From Candidatus Latescibacterota bacterium (GTDB lineage Bacteria; Latescibacterota; UBA2968; UBA8231), in the NCBI GenBank assembly GCA_965215195.1, contig CBDCDC010000002.1, positions 4,032,001-4,096,000 on the forward strand: 64,000 nt of DNA. The letters are read 5' to 3'. The notes under the pieces were generated by a model. The model searched no databases, was not told the origin of the DNA, and saw nothing but the letters and a program-made list of their open reading frames with translations. Below are positions 1 to 8,503 of this stretch, piece after piece (position 1 is the stretch's first letter; each line of letters begins with the position of its first letter). The position numbers and the translations under genes are program-made.

Positions 1-1
1 C

Positions 2-856
2 CATACCGTGGTTGAAGCAGAATGCCTGAGTGCGGTTGAGCGCGCTGAACGCGATAGAAAAGCGGCCGCCGATAGCCTCAAGGTGGCTAAAGCAAAAGCC
101 GACTCGGCAAGCAAAGCCGCAGAAAAGGCCAAGGCCAAAGAGAAGGTCGCTCGGCGGGCGGCAGAACGGGCGAAAGCGCGGGCCGATTCCGCAGAGAAAG
201 TGACCGCCGATAGCCTGAAGATGGCGAAAGCGCGGGCCGATTCCGCGAGTAAGGCGGCCAAAGCCAAAGCCGACAGCCTCAAAGCAGCAGAAGTGCAGGC
301 GCAAGCCAAAGCCGACAGCCTCAAAGCGGCCAAAGAAAAGGCCGCGCAGCGATTGCAGTGGGGCCTTGCTGCCGGGGCGGGACTGGTGCTGCTCGCCCTC
401 CTCGGTTGGTGGCTTTCTTCGCGGCGGAAAAAGGAGCAATTACAGAGCGCTGAGTCCCGAGTGAGTGAAGCCGAACAAACGGCTGAAGCCGCGCGCCAAG
501 CCGCGGCGAGCGCACCGCAGCCCGCGCCTTTCAGGTGTCTATTGGAAGGCCAAGATAGCACCGGCCGGCCATTCGCCTTGACCCTATCGGCCTTGGCCTT
601 GGGGGATCGAACCGGTGTGACGCTCGGCAGAAGCCCGGCCAACGCCGAATTTATCATTGACCACGAACAAGTCTCCCGCGAACACGTCCGGCTCGCGTGT
701 GCTGACGGCCAACTCTACGCAGAGGATTTGAATGCTCTGAATGGGACCAAGGTGAACGGCCGCCTGCTCAACCCCGGCGAACAGGTGCTGTTGCAAAACA
801 ATGATCGGCTTGAGATCGGGCCGGTCGCTTTTGCCGTGCGTTTGGTGCAGGAGTGA
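2..856 (+). CDS. Membrane-anchored FHA-domain protein, 5'-partial (probable paralog of the next protease-TM-FHA gene)
   Basis: Frame is open from the window start. Ala/Lys-rich KAKADS repeats, TM helix (WGLAAGAGLVLLALLGWWL), C-terminal FHA motifs GR..., VSREH, NALNGT. Confidence 0.85.
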   Translation, partial: HTVVEAECLSAVERAERDRKAAADSLKVAKAKADSASKAAEKAKAKEKVARRAAERAKARADSAEKVTADSLKMAKARADSASKAAKAKADSLKAAEVQAQAKADSLKAAKEKAAQRLQWGLAAGAGLVLLALLGWWLSSRRKKEQLQSAESRVSEAEQTAEAARQAAASAPQPAPFRCLLEGQDSTGRPFALTLSALALGDRTGVTLGRSPANAEFIIDHEQVSREHVRLACADGQLYAEDLNALNGTKVNGRLLNPGEQVLLQNNDRLEIGPVAFAVRLVQE

Positions 857-859
857 ACA

Positions 860-2188
860 TTGCACCGCTTCAGACGCTGGCATCGCGTCTTTTTTCTACT
901 CGCGCTTCTGCTGCCGGGCCGCGCCGTTGCCGCGCCAGACTTTGACGCGCTTGAGCGGAGCGTGGTACGCATTGTAACCCAGACCAGCCAAGGACCTAAT
1001 GCGGGCACTGGATTCGCCATAAACGACCAAGGCTATATTGCGACCAATGCCCACGTCATCGCCCACGCCCACTCGATCCAAGCCATCCCAACCAACTCCA
1101 ACGCGCTATACGAGGTGGAAGTAATCGCCACGTCCCCAGAATTCGACCTCGCAATCGCCCATATCCCCGACATAACCCTGCCTCCGATTGCGCTGTCGCT
1201 CGCACCGGCCACAAAAGGCCAGAAGGTATGGTCCATAGGCTATCCCGGTGGGGCTGACCGCAACAGACCGGCGCACGATCCGACCGTGCAAGACGGCGTC
1301 ATTGGGCGGATTTTTTCGGGCGCGTGGCACGCGCAAGAACTCAGGATTATTCAGCACAATGCGCCGACCAATCCGGGCAACAGCGGCGGCCCCTTACTAG
1401 ATGATTGTAGCCGGGCCGTCGGCGTCAATACGCAGGCGTCGCTCGTGGTCATTATCAGTCCATCGAGTGGGGTGACGCGGGTGCCCCATGCGGCGGGCAT
1501 TTACTGGTCTTCGCATATCGAGGAGTTGACAACTCTGTTGGACGACCACGGCATTGCTTTTCAATCAGAGAGCGACGATTGTGTAGCGGCTGGCGGCACG
1601 GGAGGTTCTGGCACGGCGGAAAAGGCGCAGCGCGAGGCGGAGAAGGCGCGGCGCGAGGCCGAACAAGCGCGGGTGCAAGCCGAAGAAGCGAGCGATCAAT
1701 TTTTCATCTACCTACTCTTGTTGGGCGGTGTGGCTTTGGTCGCCTTGGTCGTTGCCTTAAAGAAGCCGCGCCAGTTCGCCCAGCAGACCTTGGCGAAGCC
1801 GCGCCAACTCGTCCAACAGATAAGTCGGCGCGTAGGGGTAGGGGCCGTTGCCAAAGGCCCAAGGCACGGCATCGTGCTAGCTGGTTTTGACGGTCGCGGC
1901 CACCGCGTCTGCATTGAGTTGTCGCCGGCCCGATTTGCTGGTCAACGCTTGGGGCTTTCGCTCGGCCGGCATCCCGAGTTGGTCGATGAAGTCGTCGCCG
2001 ATGGAAACGTATCCCGCCGGCATCTGCGCATTGTCGCCCAAGGCAATCGATTGTATGTCGAAGATTTGAACTCCAGCAATGGGACGTTTTTGAACGAGCA
2101 ACGCCTGTCGCCCTTTAAGCCGGCGCGATTGGAATATGGTGCCAAAGTCGCGCTGGGCGATTTGGTGCTCATGGCCTCCAAACTTTAG
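860..2188 (+). CDS. Trypsin-like serine protease - TM - FHA domain protein
   Basis: Signal peptide; catalytic triad motifs TNAHV, DLA, GNSGGP; TM helix; FHA motifs GRH, VSRRH, NSSNGT. Confidence 0.9.
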   Translation: MHRFRRWHRVFFLLALLLPGRAVAAPDFDALERSVVRIVTQTSQGPNAGTGFAINDQGYIATNAHVIAHAHSIQAIPTNSNALYEVEVIATSPEFDLAIAHIPDITLPPIALSLAPATKGQKVWSIGYPGGADRNRPAHDPTVQDGVIGRIFSGAWHAQELRIIQHNAPTNPGNSGGPLLDDCSRAVGVNTQASLVVIISPSSGVTRVPHAAGIYWSSHIEELTTLLDDHGIAFQSESDDCVAAGGTGGSGTAEKAQREAEKARREAEQARVQAEEASDQFFIYLLLLGGVALVALVVALKKPRQFAQQTLAKPRQLVQQISRRVGVGAVAKGPRHGIVLAGFDGRGHRVCIELSPARFAGQRLGLSLGRHPELVDEVVADGNVSRRHLRIVAQGNRLYVEDLNSSNGTFLNEQRLSPFKPARLEYGAKVALGDLVLMASKL

Positions 2189-2200
2189 AAGGTATCGGGC

Positions 2201-3154
2201 ATGAAGAAACGCAGCCGCGAGCTCAACATCTTTAGTATGTCTGCGCTTGATCTGTTCGCATCGGCTCTCGGTGCTTTCATACTCATTACCATGGTGCTGC
2301 TGCCCTTTTTCCCGAATCTGAACTTGTCGGGACAGGAAAAGGCCGAGTTGGCGCAGGCGCAGGCCGAGTTGGCGAAGTCGAAGGCCGAGTTGGCGCAAGC
2401 GGAGGCCGAGTTGGAGCGAGAGAAAGCCAAGCTAAGACAGGAAAAAGCCAAACTAGAGCGGGCCAAGGCCAAAGTTCCGAAAACAGAAAATCCGCTTGCA
2501 AAACGAGTGGAGGCTTTGCAACAGGAGCTGAAGCAGGCAAAGGCCGAAGCGGCGAAAGCAAAAGGTCAGCTTGCAAAACGGGTGGAGGCTTTGCAACAGG
2601 AGATAGATGACACAACCGTTTTATTGGGCATTAAGACGAAGGCGAGAAAGTTCGCGTTCGTCATAGATATGTCGGGCAGTATTTATCAGCCTGGAAAGCA
2701 AGATTATCGCCAGTTCATATTATTGGCCATACAAGACATGCTTGCTGCTTTTAAGGCGGAAATAGAGGTCTGTCTCATTGGTTTTCAAGGCTCGAATCGG
2801 CTGCACTATTGGCCTCAAAATAGAGGGTACTTTCAAGTAAAAAGGAATACGCGAGATCGCGTCGTAGGACAGGTAAACGACTGGATGAGATTAGTGGATG
2901 GCGACACGCCCACACGCGCTGCGTTGCTGGCGGCGATTGCACTGCACCCCGAAGAAATCGTCCTGTTGAGCGATGGGGCCCCCTCTGAAGATTGGCGCAT
3001 GGTCGTGCAGGCTGTAACGGCTGAAAATAGGCGGAAAATACCCATACACGCCGTAGCCGTTGGCAATTACGTGACAGACCGGAAATTTATTGATTTTCTA
3101 GTGCAGCTAACCGAACAAAACAACGGCTATCTCATAGGTGCTAAGCCGGGTTGA
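2201..3154 (+). CDS. Single-TM (Asp-containing) coiled-coil vWA domain protein
   Basis: N-terminal SMSALDLFASALGAFILI helix; heptad repeats; MIDAS DMSGS, GDTP, LSDG. Confidence 0.85.
   Translation: MKKRSRELNIFSMSALDLFASALGAFILITMVLLPFFPNLNLSGQEKAELAQAQAELAKSKAELAQAEAELEREKAKLRQEKAKLERAKAKVPKTENPLAKRVEALQQELKQAKAEAAKAKGQLAKRVEALQQEIDDTTVLLGIKTKARKFAFVIDMSGSIYQPGKQDYRQFILLAIQDMLAAFKAEIEVCLIGFQGSNRLHYWPQNRGYFQVKRNTRDRVVGQVNDWMRLVDGDTPTRAALLAAIALHPEEIVLLSDGAPSEDWRMVVQAVTAENRRKIPIHAVAVGNYVTDRKFIDFLVQLTEQNNGYLIGAKPG
2339..2420 (+). repeat. ~4 x 21-bp coding tandem repeat (xAELAxx heptads)
   Basis: aggccgagttgg recurs every 21 bp. A second ~34-bp duplication (LAKRVEALQQE) lies at ~2494 and ~2569. 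Confidence 0.85.
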
Positions 3155-3155
3155 C

Positions 3156-3539
3156 ATGAACAAATCGAGGTTTTCAGTGTATCGAATTGGGCGCAGTCCC
3201 GGCGTAGATATTCAAATTGACGATGATTCGGTCTCTCGCGTCCACGCCGAGTTGATTGCGACGCCAAGCGGCTCGTACTACCTCACGGATTGCGCCAGCA
3301 GCGGGGGTACTTATGTTGCGCGAAATGGTGAGTGGAGACGCATCCGGCAAGAATTTATCAGCCCGACCGACGCGATTTTACTCGGGCATTATCAGACGAC
3401 CGCATCCGCACTCATCGCGCTGGCCGCGCAAGAGGAGCGCCATTTAGGAGGCGGCAAACCTACGCGGCAGGACAGCTTGCCCGTAGGTCCAGTGCGGCGC
3501 AACGTAGATACAGGTGAGATCATTAGCGAGGAGGATTGA
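3156..3539 (+). CDS. Stand-alone FHA domain protein
   Basis: IGRS, VSRVHA, SSGGT motifs; ATG at 3156 just after the upstream stop. Confidence 0.85.
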   Translation: MNKSRFSVYRIGRSPGVDIQIDDDSVSRVHAELIATPSGSYYLTDCASSGGTYVARNGEWRRIRQEFISPTDAILLGHYQTTASALIALAAQEERHLGGGKPTRQDSLPVGPVRRNVDTGEIISEED

Positions 3540-3540
3540 C

Positions 3541-4326
3541 ATGGCAAACGGGCAAGGGATAGAGCTGGAGCAACGTCTAAAAGCAAGCGTCATCAGCCTG
3601 TTAGGAGGCGTCATATCCATCGCGATTATGAGCCTTATTTTTGATCACCCCGATTCTGCGGTCGGTGCTTTTCTGTTGGATCGCCACACCGAGAATTTCC
3701 CGTATCCGTTTACAATCCAAAACGTCATGTGGCTGATGTTTTGGGTCGGCTGCGGTGAACTCTGGGTGCGGTTTAACCAAGCCCAGCTCGAAATGGAGCA
3801 GGTGGCGAAACGCTATCTGCCGGAAGACGATGAAGTTATGTTGCGGGCGCGGGATTTGGGTTCTTTTTATCAAAAGGTGCGGCCCATGGCCGAGGAGCGC
3901 CCCTTCTATTTACAGCGTCTGATCATGCGCTGTATTCTACAGTTTCAGGGGAGCCACTCCGTCAATCAAGCCAACTCGCTATTGAATTCATCCCTCGAAT
4001 TATTCCAGCACGAGCTCGAACTCAAATACGCGATGTTGCGCTATCTCGTGTGGCTGATCCCAACGCTGGGTTTTATTGGCACGGTGGTGGGTATTGCGTT
4101 TGCGTTGGATTATGCCGCCAACATTGAAGATCCACAGGACCCGACCTTGCTGGCGGAAATCACCGGTCGGCTGGGCGTCGCGTTTTACACGACTTTGCTG
4201 GCGTTGGTCCAGTCGGCCCTGCTGGTGTTTGCGCTGCACATTGCACAAAGCCGCGAAGAGATGGCCTTGAACCAATCCGGCCAGTACTGTTTGGACAACT
4301 TAATCAACCGGCTTTATGAGAAGTAA
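3541..4326 (+). CDS. MotA/TolQ/ExbB proton channel family protein
   Basis: Four hydrophobic segments; IPTLGFIGTVVGI and LGVAFYTTLLAL motifs. Confidence 0.85.
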   Translation: MANGQGIELEQRLKASVISLLGGVISIAIMSLIFDHPDSAVGAFLLDRHTENFPYPFTIQNVMWLMFWVGCGELWVRFNQAQLEMEQVAKRYLPEDDEVMLRARDLGSFYQKVRPMAEERPFYLQRLIMRCILQFQGSHSVNQANSLLNSSLELFQHELELKYAMLRYLVWLIPTLGFIGTVVGIAFALDYAANIEDPQDPTLLAEITGRLGVAFYTTLLALVQSALLVFALHIAQSREEMALNQSGQYCLDNLINRLYEK

Positions 4327-4379
4327 GTTGCAGGTGTGACGCCTGCGCGGCCGGAACAACCTAAAGATAGGAGGGCACC

Positions 4380-5021
4380 ATGCCTGTTTATCGCGGACCC
4401 GATGGCAAAGTCATTGAAGAGAAGACCGATAAGCGGAGCGAGGATACCAAACCACCGGGCGTGGCCAACAGGCCGTTGCCGCCGGCACCACAGGACGGCG
4501 AGCAACCCGCCGGTGGTGGGCGTTTAGAGGCACCCACCCAGCGAATGGGCGAAAGTGTCGGCGAGGAGGAGCGGACGCGCTTGGTGGGTGGGTGGCCGCG
4601 GCAAGAAGACAAGGAACGCCGGCAAGAGCGTACCGCAGAGGACCGCGGCATGGACGATCCGGTTGTGGGGTGGTTGGTGGTTGTGGAGGGGCCGGGAAAG
4701 GGGCGGGCCGTGCAATTGGGTTATGGTTCCAATTCGCTTGGACGCGGGGCAACCAACCGCGTCAAACTCGATTTCGGCGACGATCAGATTTCGCGCAATG
4801 GTCATGCGGTTGTCACGTATGATCCGCGGTCGCGGGGCCGAAAGTTTTACGTACAGCACGGCGGCGGCACCAACCTGACGTATCTCGGAGATCAGCCCGT
4901 GCTCGCGCCGGCTGAGTTGCCGGCCCTGAGTCACATCTGTATCGGCCATACGGTTCTCCGGTTCGTGCCCCTGTGCGGTGCTGAGTTTGAATGGCAGGAT
5001 ACAGAAGCAAGCGAGGCGTGA
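4380..5021 (+). CDS. FHA domain protein with disordered N-terminus
   Basis: PVVGWLVVVEGPGKG...LGRG...ISRNGHA...NLTY; RBS ggagg. Confidence 0.85.
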   Translation: MPVYRGPDGKVIEEKTDKRSEDTKPPGVANRPLPPAPQDGEQPAGGGRLEAPTQRMGESVGEEERTRLVGGWPRQEDKERRQERTAEDRGMDDPVVGWLVVVEGPGKGRAVQLGYGSNSLGRGATNRVKLDFGDDQISRNGHAVVTYDPRSRGRKFYVQHGGGTNLTYLGDQPVLAPAELPALSHICIGHTVLRFVPLCGAEFEWQDTEASEA

Positions 5022-6130
5022 TGAACGAATTAGACGGGTGCTTTGCCGCGCGGCAAATTCCCGGCCAACGGGAGTATCAAGAGGATGATTACGGCCTGCT
5101 CGATGGGCGCGACCTCGGCATAGATGGTAGCGAGCACACCATGTTGTTGGTCGCCGATGGCATGGGCGGCCACGTGGGCGGCGCGACGGCTAGTGGCCTG
5201 TTGAGCAAGACCGTTGTCGAGGCGTATCCGCAGGCGTCTGGCCCCATCGTCGATCGGCTGCGGGAGTGTCTCGAAGCGGCCAATGAAGCCATCGCCGCTG
5301 CCATTGCCGAAAATCCCGCACTCGCCAGCATGGGTTCGACCTTGGTTGCGGCGGTTGTTTCGAGCGAAGGGCTGAACTGGATCAGCGTGGGCGACTCGCC
5401 ATTGTGGTTGTTCCGCGAGGGTCAATTGGAGCGGTTGAATGCCGACCACTCGATGGCACCAGTTCTGGCGGATCTGGTGGCCACCGGGCGCATGACCGCA
5501 GAGGAAGCGGCTCAGGATCCAAGTCGGCATTCGCTGCGCTCGGCGGTCATGGGCGATGCCATCCATCTGATTGACGTGTCGTCGCAGCCGGTTGCTGTGC
5601 AGAAGGGCGACCGGGTACTCTTGGCGAGCGATGGTTTGATGACCCTCAGCGATCAAGCGATCGCAGCTATCCTCAAAGAAACGCAAGACGCGCCCTTGGA
5701 GGATAGCGCGGCGGCCCTTATCCAAGCCGTAGAAGCGGCCGAACATCCTCATCAGGACAATACGACCGTTTTGTTGTACGCGCCGGCTGCGGCTGCTCTT
5801 GGCGGGGGGGAAGCTGTTCAGGGTAAGCCGCGATTAAAACGAAAACCTTGGGGCAGACTGTTGGGAATGTTGCTATGCGTTGCTGTCTTATGGGGGGTGC
5901 TTTATTGGCTTAGGCAGGGTGAAGATGTGGCTGTTGAGATGACGCCGGCAACTGTTGAGACGCCAGCGACAACGGATGTTGAACCCATTGAAGGCTCTGA
6001 TGTTCAAGTGCCAATGGCATCCGACGCCGAAGAGGGCGTACCGGCCTCTCAGGAGAAGGCGACAGGGGACAGCGCCCGTGCGGGGGTAGGCAACGAGCCG
6101 CAAGAAGAGCGTGTGGGCGGTGAGCGGTGA
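5021..6130 (+). CDS. PP2C-family Ser/Thr protein phosphatase with C-terminal TM
   Basis: R.YQED, VADGMGGH, VGDS, ASDGL, DNTT motifs; TGATG overlap with the upstream gene. Confidence 0.92.
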   Translation: MNELDGCFAARQIPGQREYQEDDYGLLDGRDLGIDGSEHTMLLVADGMGGHVGGATASGLLSKTVVEAYPQASGPIVDRLRECLEAANEAIAAAIAENPALASMGSTLVAAVVSSEGLNWISVGDSPLWLFREGQLERLNADHSMAPVLADLVATGRMTAEEAAQDPSRHSLRSAVMGDAIHLIDVSSQPVAVQKGDRVLLASDGLMTLSDQAIAAILKETQDAPLEDSAAALIQAVEAAEHPHQDNTTVLLYAPAAAALGGGEAVQGKPRLKRKPWGRLLGMLLCVAVLWGVLYWLRQGEDVAVEMTPATVETPATTDVEPIEGSDVQVPMASDAEEGVPASQEKATGDSARAGVGNEPQEERVGGER

Positions 6131-6262
6131 GCGGTGAGCGTGGATGCAGACACAGATACGGCCCTGAGAGCGTCTGCCTTAGAGTAAAGAGGCGTAAGTG
6201 GGGAACAACATTGCTTGGGAGGGAGAATTTCCCAAGGCCATACTAAACACAGGAGGAGAGGA

Positions 6263-6760
6263 ATGAATTTCTCATATAAGCGGCTTGCCGTAGCCTTGAG
6301 CGTGGTTGTTGCGGTCTTGGTTGGAGGCAAAATGTATGTTGATCATGTTGATCATGTCGAACAGGTGGCGTTGGAGAAGGAGGTACAGGTATTTGCTGCA
6401 AAGGTGGGGCGTTCGCCACGTCCGGATGGGGTGATCACTAGCACTAGGAGATCTCGCATCGAAGAAGCACAGGTGTCCGACCTGCATGTAGCAGCGCACC
6501 TGAACCTACCCGTGCTGACTATGTCCCTAATCAAGGGGGGGGCGGATGTCCATGCCAGAATCAGGCGGTCGGTGGATAACTTTGAAAGAGGGATGACGCC
6601 GCTGCACGCGGCGGTTCGAGAGGATGCTTCTGAGGTAGCGGCGGTGTTGCTTGAGCACGGGGCCGATGTCAACGCCAAAGACAGCTATGGCCATACGCCG
6701 CTACGCTATGCGAGTGTGAGCGTAGCCAAGGTTTTGCGTCGTTACGGTGGCCGAAGGTGA
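6263..6760 (+). CDS. Membrane-anchored ankyrin-repeat protein
   Basis: N-terminal hydrophobic helix; GMTPLHAA, LLEHGADVNAKD, GHTPL; RBS aggagg. Confidence 0.85.
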   Translation: MNFSYKRLAVALSVVVAVLVGGKMYVDHVDHVEQVALEKEVQVFAAKVGRSPRPDGVITSTRRSRIEEAQVSDLHVAAHLNLPVLTMSLIKGGADVHARIRRSVDNFERGMTPLHAAVREDASEVAAVLLEHGADVNAKDSYGHTPLRYASVSVAKVLRRYGGRR

Positions 6761-6793
6761 AATAAGCTGATTTTTGCAACAATTGGAGACGCT

Positions 6794-8455
6794 ATGAGCG
6801 AAGAGCAACAACCTCTCAACGCCTTGCCCCAAGGCCATCGGCTGCAAGAATACGAACTGGTGCGCGTGTTGGGCTTTGGCGGCTTTGGCATGACGTATCT
6901 GGGCTTTGACCACCACTTGGACAAAGCCGTCGCGATCAAGGAATACCTGCCATCGGACATTGCCACCCGCACGGCCGACCACAGCGTCGCCCCGCAAACC
7001 AGCGGCTTTGGCGGCGATTTCGAGTGGGGCTTGGAGCGGTTCTTGGACGAAGCGCGCACGTTGGCGCGATTTGACCATCTCCACATCGTTAAAGTCTATC
7101 GTTTCTTTGAAGCGCACGGTACGGCCTATATCGTGATGGAGTATGTCGAAGGGGAGACCTTGTCGGCGTATCTTGAGCGCAAAGGGACGCTGAGCGAAGC
7201 CGAACTCAAAGCGCTTCTATATCCGCTTCTGGACGGTTTGGAGGTGGTGCATAAAGCGGACTTTTTGCATCGGGACATCAAGCCGGGCAACATCGTCCTT
7301 CGAGACGCAGACCATTCGCCGGTGTTGCTGGACTTTGGGGCGGCGCGTCAGGCGATCGGGGCGAAGAGCCGCTCGGTTACGTCTATCGTGACACCGGGGT
7401 ATGCGCCGATTGAGCAGTATTCGAGTCGGGGGCATCAGGGAGCGTGGACGGACCTTTATGCGTTGGGGGGCGTGTGCTATCGGGCGTTGACTGGGGACGT
7501 ACCGGACGATGCGATGGATCGGGTGCGAAATGATCCGTTGGTTCCGGTGGCAAAGCGGTGTGCGGATCGGGCGAGTGGTGCATTTTTGTCAGCGATTGAT
7601 GCGGCATTGGCAGTGGATGAGGGGGATCGTCCGCAGAGTATTGGGGCTTGGCGGGCGGCGATGGAGGCGGATGCGGTCTCGCAGGACGAGCGGCACCCTT
7701 CGTTGGTAAAGCGGTATGCGGTTCGGGTAAGCCAAACGTTTCTTTCGGTGATTGATAAGACATTGACGCAAGGAAGGCAGGGCGCGAGCAGCGAGACCGC
7801 TGATGCGCCGCTAACTACTCAGTCAGCAGCCAAAGTTAAAGAGGCGAAGCGTTTGAACGGGTGGTTTAAGCTCCACTATATTTGCCTTGCTGCCATCATA
7901 CCGGTATTGACGGCACTATTTGTTGGCATTGCGGTGGTATTAGTCTCTTCAGAAGGCGAGCGTGTCCGCAAAGACCTGAGCCGTTTTTTAGAGTCGCAGA
8001 CGCTAGAGCCATATCTGAGTAGCGTATTCGGACTATTTAGCATCATAGTCGCGATTGTTGCGGCCGTATTCGGGTTGATTGCTTTTGTATCCGGGTTGCG
8101 TATCCTACATAAATTGTGGTCCCTCATCTCCGCTCACAAAGCAAAGACGACACCAAGCGAAGCCGTTGGATTTTTCTTTATACCGCTGTTCGGTTTCTAC
8201 TGGAACTTTATTGCAATTTACGGTCTCGCCAAAGCCCTCAATAGCGAAATCGGTCGAAAATCAGTCAGTGAGGCGGCCAGTTTTATCTATTGTTGCTCAT
8301 TTTTGCTTGGCCCTCTATGGGTGATAATGGGATGGCGAGAGGATCAGATTTGGATGCTCCTTATTGGATATATTGTTATGGTTGTGCTCTGGTTCGTCAT
8401 TCTGAGGCAAATGCAGAACGCTGGTATGTTCATTTTGCAATCGGATAAGGTGTAG
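6794..8455 (+). CDS. Hanks-type Ser/Thr kinase with C-terminal multi-TM (DUF4328-like) domain
   Basis: GFGGFG, VAIKE, HRDIKPGN, DFG, YAPIEQ, DLYALG; five hydrophobic helices including FFIPLFGFYW. Confidence 0.92.
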   Translation: MSEEQQPLNALPQGHRLQEYELVRVLGFGGFGMTYLGFDHHLDKAVAIKEYLPSDIATRTADHSVAPQTSGFGGDFEWGLERFLDEARTLARFDHLHIVKVYRFFEAHGTAYIVMEYVEGETLSAYLERKGTLSEAELKALLYPLLDGLEVVHKADFLHRDIKPGNIVLRDADHSPVLLDFGAARQAIGAKSRSVTSIVTPGYAPIEQYSSRGHQGAWTDLYALGGVCYRALTGDVPDDAMDRVRNDPLVPVAKRCADRASGAFLSAIDAALAVDEGDRPQSIGAWRAAMEADAVSQDERHPSLVKRYAVRVSQTFLSVIDKTLTQGRQGASSETADAPLTTQSAAKVKEAKRLNGWFKLHYICLAAIIPVLTALFVGIAVVLVSSEGERVRKDLSRFLESQTLEPYLSSVFGLFSIIVAIVAAVFGLIAFVSGLRILHKLWSLISAHKAKTTPSEAVGFFFIPLFGFYWNFIAIYGLAKALNSEIGRKSVSEAASFIYCCSFLLGPLWVIMGWREDQIWMLLIGYIVMVVLWFVILRQMQNAGMFILQSDKV

Positions 8456-8503
8456 TTACTAACTTTCTCGTTTTTTCTCTTTTTTTATAAGGAGCAATGA
8501 GCT

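Noticed and set aside
6117-6140. gcggtga x3 micro-repeat at the PP2C stop
   Set aside because: Too short to interpret; likely replication slippage.
2-8455. Type VI secretion cluster (FHA/PP2C/kinase as Fha/PppA/PpkA)
   Set aside because: No Tss core, Hcp, VgrG or ClpV genes in the window.
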